Assembly (NCBI GenBank): GCA_013265495.1
Contig: MU061579.1
Location: forward strand, 5,021,146 to 5,085,145
Direction of reading: 5' to 3'
Length of the DNA stretch: 64,000 bases
From: Vicugna vicugna
Lineage: Eukaryota
In this document: one piece after another, positions 51,181 to 62,740 of the stretch
How the letters are laid out: each line of letters begins with the position of its first letter
Position numbering within the stretch: position 1 is the first letter of the stretch
Notes under the pieces: generated by a model
Told to the model about the DNA's origin: nothing
Seen by the model: the letters and a program-made list of their open reading frames with translations, nothing else
Databases searched by the model: none
Made by a program: the position numbers and the translations under genes

Positions 51181-52849
51181 CAATATCAACATGATTAGTT
51201 GCAAAATGACAAAGAAGCCAGTTAAGGCATCACCCTCTTGTGAGGCTATAACTATTTTATCTAAAGCAAATAATAACTACATCGACATTATCAAAAAGAT
51301 TTATCATAATAAGGTAAACCTGTAAAATGACATCAGTACATTCTGATGATTGACAATGTAAAGATTACTTTGCATTATAAAGAAATAAGCTATAAAGCAC
51401 ATATAATATTTATATTTTATGGTGAATTATTTAATAATTAGAAAAATAATTTGTTGAAGATTTGATTTATAGATTTACTGTTTTTTTCAAGTATGTATCT
51501 CACTAAAAATGTAGGTAAACATTAGTTCATATCTATGGAACATAAAGGAGTGAACAAAAATGTGTGTGTTAAAAATAGTCCTTCAAATATCAGAAACTAT
51601 TAAAGGATAATAAGTACTTATGGGCTCATATAAAATTCAAAGATGGAAGGGGAGTCCACCATCTGAATTATGTTGGTGGATGTTACACAAAAACTAATTG
51701 GAAAAAGGGCATACAGTATATTTAAATGATAAATTAGGCAAATATTCTAAAAGATAAGAGTTAATATGCAGACATAATTCTTCATATCATGGAAAATTAA
51801 ACAACTTCTAATTATAACAGCCCTTACTAATTATTATCAAATACAAATGAGAAAAATATACATTTTAATGATGCTAATAAATCAGTTCTACATATAATCA
51901 TGACAAGACTATATGCCAGATATCACTAAATAAACAAAAGTAAATATATACCTATATTATAGGAAAGTCAACATTTAAAAAAGATCTGCAACCTATATGT
52001 AAGACAACTATCTAAAGTTTCTATTTTATAACAAGGATAGTTTTTTATATGAGGGGAATCAGCCCAAAGAGATTTGACCATGTCACAAAGTCCAGGTTTC
52101 AAAGGAGACAAAGTAAAGAAAAAAAACTGATACCTAGTAAATTTACCTAAACATTACAGATGATAAAAGTTGCAACTACAATAAGGCATATTATAAGAAA
52201 AAGAAATTTACTTTTTATAAGCATTTGTGCACACAGTTTTAACTCAATAGCACTAATAACACTTTAATAACTGTTCACATATAACAATCTATGTCTTCTA
52301 GTGACTGAAAAGTCCATTTGGATTGCTATTTATATTATTAAAGTATATTGATTTTACTGATCAATTTATAATCAATAAATAAAGATTTAAGCAAAGTAGT
52401 TGTCAATAGTTTAATTAGATATATTTTTTGAGCATCGTATACTAATAAAAGATTTCTAATATGTAAAAGTATCTTTGACATCAAAGGATTCAGCAATAGT
52501 ATAATAGCTATAGCTGGGGTATTAAAATGTGAAAATATTATGAATTTTTAATGGATTATGGAGATATATAACAGTATACATGAAATTGCAATCACTCAGG
52601 AAATATAATCAGATGCATTATATATTCCATTTAATTTTGATTAATTCTATAAGTTCTCTAATAATTTAAAGTAAAATATTTTTCATAATCATGTATATGT
52701 GTATATTTCAGGAAGACAGAATAAAGTTAATAACACAGTTTTTAGCTATAATGTAGCTGTCTCTTGGAAGCAGCTGGGCTTCTATTTTTTTCTATTATAA
52801 TTTTCTATTATTATAAACACAAATTTCATAACATAAATATAGAGTTCTA

Positions 52850-52957
52850 TTGAAAAGAATATGAAAATGAATATATGTAATTATATGCATGACTGGGACA
52901 TTGTGCTGTAGACCAGAAATTGATGCATTATAACTGACTGTACTTCAATTAAAAAAA
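52850..52957 (+). mobile_element. Very short L1 3' end (about 110 bp)
   Basis: GAAAAGAATATGAAAATGAATATATG...ATGCATGACTGGGACATTGTGCTGTAGACCAGAAATTGA...ACTGTACTTCAATTAAAAAAAA, with ATAGAGTT on both sides. Confidence 0.85.
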
Positions 52958-52965
52958 ATAGAGTT

Positions 52966-53240
52966 AGACATAGAATACAACCTTTGGTTGCCAAGTGGGT
53001 GGGAGGTGGGAAGGGACAGACTAGGATTTCAAAATTTGTAGATACTGACAGGCATGTGCAGAATAGATAAACAAGATAATACTGTATAGCACAGGGAAAT
53101 ATATACAAGATCTTGTGGTAGCTCACAGTGAAAAAAAAAGTGACAATGAATATATGTGCGTTCAGGTATAACTGAAAAATTGTGCTCTACACTGGAATTT
53201 GACACATTGTAAAATGACTAAAACTCAATTTAAAAATGTT
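52966..53240 (+). mobile_element. Young camelid-type L1 3'UTR fragment inserted in the tail of the preceding L1
   Basis: Same family as 50736-51057. Flanked by identical AAAAAAAATAGAGTTA (52951-52966 and 53241-53256), each preceded by TT (L1 endonuclease TT|AAAA site). Confidence 0.92.
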
Positions 53241-54381
53241 AAAAAAAATAGAGTTATAGATATGCATTATTGGCATTTGAGACAACACAAAGAGATATTT
53301 CAAGCTAATAGTCTGAAGACTGTAATAATTGTATGGTTATTATTTTATAGTGTGAGATGTATATTCCATTGACTATTGATATTTAAAGGCTCAAATTAAA
53401 CAATAGATAGAGTATAACATAATAATACAAAATTATAGTTTGTTGAAAAGGAACAAAGGTTGTGACCATCATTGTTGGCAGTGTGTGTTGAGTAATGATA
53501 GGTTACCTGACTTTTTAAACTGCAGTGACAAAAATCTCTTATATAAGGAGTAAATAATATAATTTCCCAATGAACTTAATTCATAAGAATTTTTCTAATG
53601 ATAGGCCCTGACAATACAAAGTATAAAATATCATTTCTGAAGAGAAGTTAAAGTAGCTAATGAGGTTAACACATCATTTTGATGGGATTCTTAGAGACAG
53701 TTCAGGGGTAAAAAAAAGTATTCTAAATAGAAAAACATAAGAAAGGCAATAGAATCTAAGCGAAATGAAATATTGTGAGATGACTTAAAATTTGGCCCTG
53801 GATTTACAATTTACATGAATATTGACCTGGAATCAAGTCTTTTAATTTTCATAGTTCATGTTTAACATGAAAATAAAAATTAGTTGGACTAGATTACTCT
53901 TAACCCTGACTTAACCTCCCCCACAATGTTTCATTATTGTAAATATAATAGTCAAGCATAACAGTTATGAAGTGTGTCCAAAAGTTGTTATCATCTTAAT
54001 CCTAAAACTTGCTTTTCCTACTGAATTATGTGTGTGTTTGTGTGTTAGCAGTACTAACATTCTTCAGTTCATGTTGGCTCAAGACTGACTCTCTTACAGT
54101 ATTTCTATTGACTTGCATTGATTCTACATCTGTATTAACTCTCTAATGAGGGTACTTTACTTCATTTTCATTAATAACATGCATATAAACCTTGTATATA
54201 AAAATTGTATATGAAGACAGGGTTACTTGAAGCATACTGGATTTTCTGAAAAATAATCTTATTTGTAAAGTAGGAGATAAAGGTTTGTGCTGAGAATAAG
54301 GAGGTGACAAGGTGAGATGTCTGAAGAAAAGGGAGGTGGTTTAAAGACACCTTTTGATGAAAGGGTTAGACATTTACCTAT

Positions 54382-54864
54382 TGCATTAGTTTATTAATAA
54401 TGCTTTATCAAATTACCACAAACTTTGTAGTTCAAAAGAGCATAAATTTAATATCTTACAGTTCTGAAAGTCAGAAGTCCAAAACACATCACTTTAGGCT
54501 AAATAGGTTGACTGAGCTGCATTCCTTCCGGAGGCTTCAAGGGAGAATAAATTTATTTGCCTTTTCCAGTGTCTGGAGACAACTCGCTTTTCTGGCTGTA
54601 TTCTCCTTCTCACAATCACATCATTCATGGGTGCTTCCATAATCACACCATCTTTTGACTTCTGCCTTCCTTCTTCCTTCATTTAGGGCCCTTGTGATTA
54701 TACTGAGCCACCCCAGATAATCCTGGATAGTTTTTCCATCTCAAAATCTTTAAAGATCTGAAGAGTCCCTTTAGTCATGTAAGTTAATATATTCCTAGGT
54801 TCTACAGATTAAGATATGGACATGTTTGAAGGTGGGGCAGTTGTTCATGATTCTACCTACCATA
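54382..54864 (-). mobile_element. MLT1D-like MaLR 3' LTR
   Basis: AAATTACCACAAACTT...TTACAGTTCTGAAAGTCAGAAGTCC...GGGCCCTTGTGATTATACTGAGCCACCCCAGATAATCCTGGATAG...CCTACCATA is the reverse complement of an MLT1D-type LTR. Confidence 0.85.
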
Positions 54865-55300
54865 GTCCATCATCTGGTCTCCAAAAACCCATGTCCATGC
54901 ACAAAATGCATTCACTCAATGTTAATATTTCCAAAGTATCAGAGTATCAGTTCAAAATAACCAAATCTCATTGTCTACATTATCAAAATCATTTATGGGT
55001 GAGACTCGGTATGGTTCATCCTGGGGCAAATATCTTCCCCATGTGTAGACCTTACATGAAACAAGAAAACTAGTTATCTACTCCCAAAACACAATGGCTG
55101 GGACAATCATAGGATCCCTGTTGTAGATATTTTCTATTTAATAAAGGAGAGAGACAATGGAAGGGAAAGAATGGATCAATTCCAAAATGCAGCCAGCATA
55201 GCACCGGATTTCAAGATCTATGTGTTACCCTATTCAAAACTCCACCATCTGGTCCTGAGGCTCTGCTCGCAAAATTAGCTTTCCTTTTTCATGAAAAGGA
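54865..55300 (-). mobile_element. MLT1 internal sequence (3' part) attached to the LTR
   Basis: Directly abuts the LTR with a PPT-like junction (minus strand ACCAGATGATGGAC|TATGG). MLT-int motifs TATGGGTGAGACTCGGTATGGTTCATCCTGGGGCAAA and AGTTATCTACTCCCAAAACACAATGG. Confidence 0.75.
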
Positions 55301-55678
55301 ATTCAGATACGGGCTTATTTTGGGAAAATGTTATCTTGCTTATCAATCCTAGGAAAACCTAGAATTGTATGGATGATTTAATAAAGGGTTGGAATCCCTG
55401 AATACGATGCCTTATAAGGGCATCTTTATCTGTGTAATATTTTTCTAGCTGTATTTTGTAATGTGGTATATATCCAGTATAGTGGAGACTTGGAGTATAG
55501 GCCAAAATTTGGTAGGGAGATCTGATATTGGAGTGAAAAAAAAAAAAAAGACTAGGTATTATTGGTATTGTAGGTATTATTGGAGGGAAAAAAGCTAGGT
55601 ATTAGGGTATAAAACAGTGGTAGCAATAACACATTTGGAGTTAAATCTATTGAATAGGATAAAATAAAATAAGGTAGG

Positions 55679-56058
55679 TACTATGGACTAAATTGCATCC
55701 TCCCTAAATTCATTTGTGGAAGGCCTAACCAATGTGACAGTAGTTGGAGACAGGATTTTTAAAAAGTAATTAAAGGAGGTCTTGAAGATGAGGTCCTAAT
55801 CTGATAGAACTGGTGGTTTTATTAGAAGAGGAAGAGAGAGAGAGATTTTTTTCTTCACGTTGACAAAGAGGCCTTGTGATCACACATCAAGATGGCAGCT
55901 ACCTAGAAACCCAAGGAAGAAGCTTCAGAATGAAACATATATTGCTTGCACCTTAATCTTGGACTTCCCAGCCTCCTGAATTGTGAGAAATGAGTTCCTG
56001 TTGTTTAAGCTACCTAGTCTACAGTATTTTGTGATACTGTATCATACTAGATAACACA
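55679..56058 (+). mobile_element. MLT1A/B-like MaLR solo LTR with perfect 5-bp TSD GTAGG
   Basis: TACTATGGACTAAATTG...ACCTTAATCTTGGACTTCCCAGCCTCCTGAATTGTGAGAAAT...; GTAGG at 55674-55678 and 56059-56063. Confidence 0.88.
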
Positions 56059-56384
56059 GTAGGGAACTAGAAGTTTGTGAGAAAGGCTAATGTTTAATTA
56101 TATTCCTCTTGAGTTTTAAGGGTAATATGCAATAAAAGTAACTAAAGGAGAAATTAAAAATAAAAGAAAATTATCCAGAGAGTAGATTATAATTTTAATC
56201 TCATTGCTACTGCCCTCATTAAGTCCCTCTTTAACTTTCATCAGGACAACTCTAATAACTTCTTTTTTCATTCTTCCTGCTTGTTGTCTAGACCCTTAAA
56301 ATACAACCTCTTGACAGCTGACAATGTGCATTTTCTAATAAGCAAACAAGCAAAGTAACAAACAAGCAAAGAAGCAAAGACAGA

Positions 56385-56546
56385 AAGACACGAGGAAACA
56401 TTTGGAGGCAATGGATATATTTCTTACCTTGGTTGTGGTGATGGTATTACAGATATATATATACATTCAAACTTGTCATATTGTACTTAACAAATATGTA
56501 CAGTTTTTTTGTGTATCAATTATATCTCAATCAAGCTGTAAAAAAT
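56385..56546 (+). mobile_element. Old L1 (L1MC/L1MD-type) extreme 3' end
   Basis: GAGGAAACATTTGGAGGCAATGGATATATTTCTTACCTTGGTTGTGGTGATGG...TATCAATTATATCTCAATCAAGCTGTAAAAAA. Confidence 0.8.
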
Positions 56547-56937
56547 TATGTAAGCAAAAGGTAGACTTAAACATGTCATTGCATTCAAGATCAAGTTTAT
56601 TTTCATTCTGCAAATTAAAGTGAAATTAAAGAAAAATACATAAATATAAAAATAGTCAACTGTCGCACAAAGTTAGATAGTGTTTAAACAATGGACAGAA
56701 ACATTGATAAATTTCTGTAAAATATAAAATATGCTAGGGACAGGATTATCATGAATCTCAGCAATTATAAATTCTGAAACACCATTTAAGCCAAACAGAG
56801 GTCACCTAATCAGAGACTTTTTCTAATAACACCTAGACAAACATCCCTCAGGTATAGGAAGTGGAGCTGGCCTAAAGGAAAGTGGAAGATAAGGAAAATT
56901 AATTAAAATACTGAAAACAGTTACGGAACTCTAATTT

Positions 56938-56940
<3 letters not shown>

Positions 56941-56972
<32 letters not shown>
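56941..56972. repeat. (TG)16 microsatellite
   Basis: Perfect TG run of 32 bp. Confidence 0.95.
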
Positions 56973-56977
<5 letters not shown>

Positions 56978-57609
56978 CCCATCAAACTAAATTTAAGAAT
57001 GGTAACCTCTAAAATAAACTCAAGATCTATATCCAGACACTTTCAGAAGGGGCATTTTTACTGTAGAGAAATATGAGGTAGTGATCTGGTGAATTGTGGC
57101 TTCTAGAGGCACAAGAAGTTGATAGAACAAAAAGACAGGCTCAACAGAAACCTGAAAGCAAAGTTCAGCTAATTCCACCACCCAGTCATAAATATATTTT
57201 ACTTTTGTAATTTAAATGTAAATGCTGAGAAAAAAAAAGATTTCTAACATACAATTCTATATTCCTTCAAAAATCAAAGAAAGGTAAAAATATCTTTGAA
57301 CATCCAAAAACTCAAAACATTCACCGGTAATATTATTTTTAAATAAAATCATAAGTAATGCAACAAAATAAATATTAAATGAATAAATATTAGAAAGAGG
57401 ACAATCTAAAATAAAACAAAACGTGACGAAATCAGTGAAATTTACAGCAAGTGTTCATGACTCATAAAAAATATTTAATGTAATACATGGAAATATTTGG
57501 CATAATCATTCCATACTTGGTATTCAAGAACTATTGACTGATCACAATGCTGAGAAAAAAATTTCAAGCTATGAGGAAAATGCAGTACTTAAAATATATA
57601 TAAAAAACT

Positions 57610-59360
57610 ATATCCTCATTAACTTGTAAGGGAGAAACAAACATAAAGATAAATAAAATACTTTACATATTCTATGTAGAAAAACAAAGCAGAGAATGAA
57701 TAGAAAATATCGGAGAGGGCCAGGAAAAATTGCAAACTTAGTGAAGACATGAAAAATTCCCTGAAAATAGAATGCTTGACTAAATAATGAAGAAAGGGTG
57801 GGAACAATGTTCTGAGAGAAAATATATTTCAGGCAGAAAGAAGAGCAGCTATTAAACTACTGAGAGAGTTCAAGATACAATGACGAGGCCAGTATGGTTG
57901 AAGCATAAAGAACAAGATAAGTAATGTTGTAGAGGATGATGTAAGAAAATATCTTGGGGTAAAGAAGGAGGGATTCAGATCATATATATCCTAAAAATCA
58001 TTGTTGAGACTGGCCATTACATGAACGAGGACTATGAACTGATGAATGACAGGATGTGACTTATCACTAATATTTTAACATTTTTTTTCTGGTTAATGCT
58101 TGAAAATTAACTACAGATGACCCAGGACAGTAGCAGAGAGAACAGTTAGGAAGCTATTACAACATTCTAGGCAAAATATGATGGCTTTGAACTGGATGAA
58201 ATTGCTATTTTCTTTATATTTTGAAGGTACATTTAACGACATTTCTTGACATATTGAATTGGTTCTGAAAAAGAATTTAAGAATGACTCTAAAGTTTTCG
58301 GCTCAAGTAAGTGGAAAAATGAAGTTACCATTTATGGCAACAGGAAAGGCTCTTAGAGAAGAAATAGGGGTTATACTTGGGGTTCATGTTCAACTCATGA
58401 TGAACTTAATATTCCAATTAGATATTTAGTCAGATATTTTTAGTTCACTTTTAGATATACAAGTTAGGAGTTAAAGGAATTGGAACAGAGATATAAATTT
58501 TTGAGCCATCACGGTTTAGATGAGATTTAAAACACTAAGACTAAGTGAAATATACAAGGATATTAGTTCAGCTATAAAATAGGAAAGTAATTCATTCCTG
58601 CAGCATTCTAAAGTTTAGAGGTTGGAAAGATCAAAACCATCCAGCAAAGCACAGTAATAAAGAACTCGAGATAAAAGAGGAAAACTAGAAGTATGTGGTA
58701 TCCTGGGGCCATAAAGAAAGTGTTTCAAAGAAGGGGGAGTGTTTTTTTTTTTTTTTGTATGCCTACCAATAGGTTAATAAAGATGAGGACTGAGAGGATT
58801 GACTTTTATATTTAACACAGTGCACGTGATTTCTGACTTTTACTAGGGCAGGTGGGGTGAAAGTTTGATTGAAATAGGTTTTAAAAAGAAGGAAAGGAGA
58901 GAAATTTGAGACAGCAATACAAACTGTTCTCTCAAGGAGTTTTGTTATAAGTGGAAGAAGAAAAATAAAGGATAGGAAAAGGGGAAGTGGGATAAAAATA
59001 GTTTTGTTTTTGTTTGCTTTTACTATGGAAGAAATAGCATCATGATTGCATGCTGAAATGAACAATTAAAGAGTAAGGAGGAGGCTTTTTTTTTTAATGT
59101 AACAGAAAAGACATGGAGATAATAGCCTGGTGAGAGGATTTGGGTTTTAGCCCATGAACAGAAAGGTTTCCTTAGGCCCACGCATTGTCCAACCATACAA
59201 AAGGACAGAATGTATAGTAGTTTGATGCTTAGCCAACTACAGTCCTAGAAGGAATGAATTAAGAATCAAGCTCTTCAGCAGAGAATGACAGTAGGGTAGA
59301 TGAGCTAGAAGTTTGAAGAGAGAGAAAATACAAAATTCTATTTAAGAGAGTAGGAAATCA
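57610..59360 (-). mobile_element. Long L2 fragment including RT remnant
   Basis: ORF 58763-59065(-) contains LLPLITKLLERTV...ALVKVRNH, resembling L2 RT (LLPFxAKLLERVV...ALVKVTND). The surrounding sequence is typical antisense L2. Confidence 0.82.
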
Positions 59361-60099
59361 AACTATATACATATATTACAATAATACAGTGGTCCACTTA
59401 AAAAATAATGATAGAACATACAAATATCTACCAAGTTCAGTGAAGCAAAAGTAGAGAAATTTTCTTTAAATGAGTGTTATACAAAAGGAAATGAGTATGT
59501 ATCTGTAAACAAATTTTAAATCTAAATGAAATAGTGATATACTAGGAAAATCTGTATGTGCAACAGATAGGCATTGAAAAGTTAACAACAACAACAATAC
59601 TTTACTAGACCACCAATGACTTTAAAAACCAAAGAAATTCAATTTCAATTAGTAATATTTAAGTTCATGGTCACTGAAATCAAATTTTTTTTTTCCTGAT
59701 TTTAGTATACACTGTGTAATCCTGGCCAATTTTTATGCCCCAGTTGCCACATCTTTTAAAATATTGGTATAGTATTGGTATAATAGCACAATGCTTTTTG
59801 TTATTGTTGATGCATGAATTACAGAACAGTTCATGTAACATTTTTAGTGTGTTGCCTAGCATATAAATTAATATTATCATTATAACTACTCTCTACTCCC
59901 TTGAAATGTCCATGTCCATTGGTTTTACTATAAGTACTTTCAAAACTTTAAGATACTAAAATGTTAAGAGTATGTAAGACAGTAACTATTTATACATGGT
60001 TCCAAAAATAAAACTGGAAAAAAACAGAAAAAATAAATACATGATATTTACCTGAATGGCTCAGACCAAATACAGTAGTATATTAAAATATAACATACA

Positions 60100-60625
60100 A
60101 CTCTCATACTTACTATTGCTGTAAAACTTATTATATCAAAACTTAGTGCCTTAAAGCATCAACTTTATTTTGTTCCTAATTTCATGGGTCAGAATCTCAG
60201 GGAAAGCTTGGCTAGGAAGTTCTCTCTTCAGTCTCATATAGTTAAAGTTGAGTGTCACCTGAGGCTTCTGTCACCTGAAGTCCCAAAGGGGCTGGTCATG
60301 CAAGATGACTTACTTGACTGGATGCTGATGCAGTCAGTTTCAGCAATACTGAAACCACCCATTGGAGCACCTCTATATGGCTTCTCCCAGAGTCATCTTA
60401 GTGCATTTGAACCTCTCAGACTCTAATTCAGGGGTTCAAAAAAGTAAGCTCCTCGCAGCCAAAGCAGAAGTTACCTGGACTTTCATGACCTAGTCTTGGA
60501 AATCTCACAGTGGAATTCCTGCTATTCTCTATTTAGAATAGTTACAAGCCTCTCACACTCAAGGTGTAGGACATGGACTCCAACTTTTTGATTGGAATAG
60601 AGCCATTAAGAGATTTAACCCCACA
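60100..60625 (-). mobile_element. Older MaLR LTR (MLT1F/G/H-like)
   Basis: CTATTGCTG...CAAAACTTAGTGCCTTAAAGCA...TGGGTCAGAATCTCAGGGAAAGCTTGGCTAGG...TTTCATGACCTAGTCTTGGAAATCTCACAG. Confidence 0.75.
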
Positions 60626-60770
60626 CATGATTAAGATGAACTAATTTAAAGAATGAAAGAATGGTTTATATCAGAATTTTTAAAAAATGAAGAAAATGAC
60701 CTTCTCAATAGAGGTAGAAGAGATATTTGATAAAATTCAATGCCTATTCTTGATTAAAATTTTGAGGAGT

Positions 60771-60911
60771 AGAGGAAGAGTATAGCTCAAGTGGTAGAGC
60801 ACATGCTCAGCACACAAGAGGTCCTGGGTTCAATCTCCAGTACCTCCTCCAAGCAGAAATCAATGAATAAACCTAATTACCTCCCCTTCATAAAACAAAC
60901 AGTACAAGCAA
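60771..60911 (+). mobile_element. tRNA-derived SINE, Vic-1-like (camelid)
   Basis: GAGTATAGCTCAAGTGGTAGAGCACATGCTCAGCACACAAGAGGTCCTGGGTTCAATCTCCAGTACCTCC (Pol III A and B boxes, tRNA-Ala-like head), then AATAAACCTAATTACCTCCCC and an A-rich tail. TSD AAAATTTTGAGGAGT (60756-60770) / AAAATTCTTGAGAAGT (60912-60927). Sits in an old L1 ORF2 remnant. Confidence 0.88.
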
Positions 60912-60994
60912 AAAATTCTTGAGAAGTAAGCTACTAGGAATCTTCTGCAAATACTATTAATTGCCAGGGGAAAATATCAGCCTCAATGAGAAAA

Positions 60995-62740
60995 TATTTA
61001 ATCATTTAACAAATATTTATTGAGCATCTATCATGAGAAATACATTTTCTTTGACACATTTATTGCACATCTAGTCTGTGTTATAAGATACAGAATATGT
61101 TTTCGTTCAAGATAGAACAATGCATAAACAATATACATACTAAGTGGAATTTACTAGAATAGAGGAAAAAAGAATACTATATCTGATCTTATCTGTATAT
61201 GTTTAGGAAATTCCTACTTATTCTTTAAGATGCAGCCCTCTCATTATGTCCTATTAGAGGTTGGTACATGATGGCTTCCCAGCTAAGTCCATCTTATTTC
61301 CTGTCCGTTTTTTTTAAATAAAGTTTTATTGGAACACATAACAACATCCATTCCTTTACTAACTGTTTCTGGCTGCTTTGATGCTATGTTGGTCAAATGT
61401 CAGAGTCAAATCTCAAAACAGACAACACATGGTCTGGAAACTTGAAAATATTTACTAACTGGTACTTTGTAGCAAAAGAAATTTTGCTCTTTTTAATATA
61501 AAGATTTCTTGGATTTGCTAAACAGAAATTTTTGTAACATAAAATATATACTTGAAATACAACTTTAATAGATCTTTTTATACTCTTTTGACTTTGTTTC
61601 CCTTACCATGTATAAGTTTTTGAGGGTAAGAATTATGATTTAATCATCTTTGAATATTAAGCTACTAATACAGTGTTAGAAATATTTTTGTAACATTAAA
61701 AAGTTTATAGATGCATGAATAAACGCTTGTGCTCCAGTTCCAGTCTTCCCTAATTACTCTTTCTCTCTTGGTGATCTCTTCTGTTCCTGCACTTTCAGAT
61801 AACATCTCTAATGAAGATTAATCCTCAATTTAAAGGTGTCCTTCATGTCTTTTCAACACCTGAGAGGGAATTTCCAAACAGATATGTTGCAGTTGATTCA
61901 AATTCAATTATTTTCTTTCTTAAGATCAATTATTTTCTTTCACAGGAAATATACTTCTTTTTATAATCATCATATTTAATCAGTGGCCACATCCAGATAG
62001 TACTCCATAATAATTAAGAATATTAGCAGAGGAGACAAAGAGAAAAAGAGATAACTATCTTAATTTTATCCAGACAAGAAAACTGAATGTCAACCCTAAG
62101 CATATGAGGTAATGAATAGGAAGTTACTAATTAGCCATGTATTTATGCTAATTCTACCTCTGAAATGTCTATTAGACTTCTTGCTTCCATTCTCTGTGAT
62201 ATTACATGTATTCATTTCCCAAAAAACAGACTCCTAAACTTTTATGACTGAAATATAATTCTAATTGTCTTGTCTCTTAACTGTCTTCATCAATCCATTC
62301 TTTTATTTATTTCACCCAGTACATAATGTAAAAGTGTTTAGGATATAATAAACACTGTGCTAGGTGCTGAGTTTAGGACAGTGAATAAGAGAGTTCCAGG
62401 TCTTCAAGGCTTCTATTTGGAGCAAAAATAAAATTAAATTAAAAAATTAAATTATACAAGTTTTCCCCCCTACACTGTAGTCAGAGTTAGTTAACAAAAA
62501 GTGAAAACAGAAAAGTCACTCTCTCCCCTGATCAAAATTCTCCAACGATTATCTTTCTCTTTATGTACTCTCAATTCCTTTGCACATTTTTCAAGCTTTC
62601 CCCTTTCTGATACCTCTATCTGTTCTGTTTCAACTATGCCTTTTTCCTTTAAATACCATTTGTGTTAGCCATTTTCCAGCATAAACGGTATGCATTTTCA
62701 CATCTCTGTAGCATTGCTCAAACCTCTACTTCTACAGAAA
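60995..62740. mobile_element. Cluster of L2 fragments in both orientations
   Basis: Antisense tails ATCATTTAACAAATATTTATTGAGCATCTA (about 61000) and ACACTGTGCTAGGTGCTGAG...CAGTGAATAAGA (about 62350), interleaved with sense L2 pieces. Confidence 0.6.
61255..61490 (+). mobile_element. MER58A-like hAT-Charlie DNA transposon
   Basis: TAAATAAAGTTTTATTGGAACACA...CCATTCCTTTAC...TGGCTGCTTT...AAAATATTTACTAACTGGTACTTT. Confidence 0.85.

Noticed and set aside
60771..60850. tRNA-Ala-like gene
   Set aside because: Degenerate stems, an A-rich tail and a TSD show it is a SINE head, not a tRNA gene.
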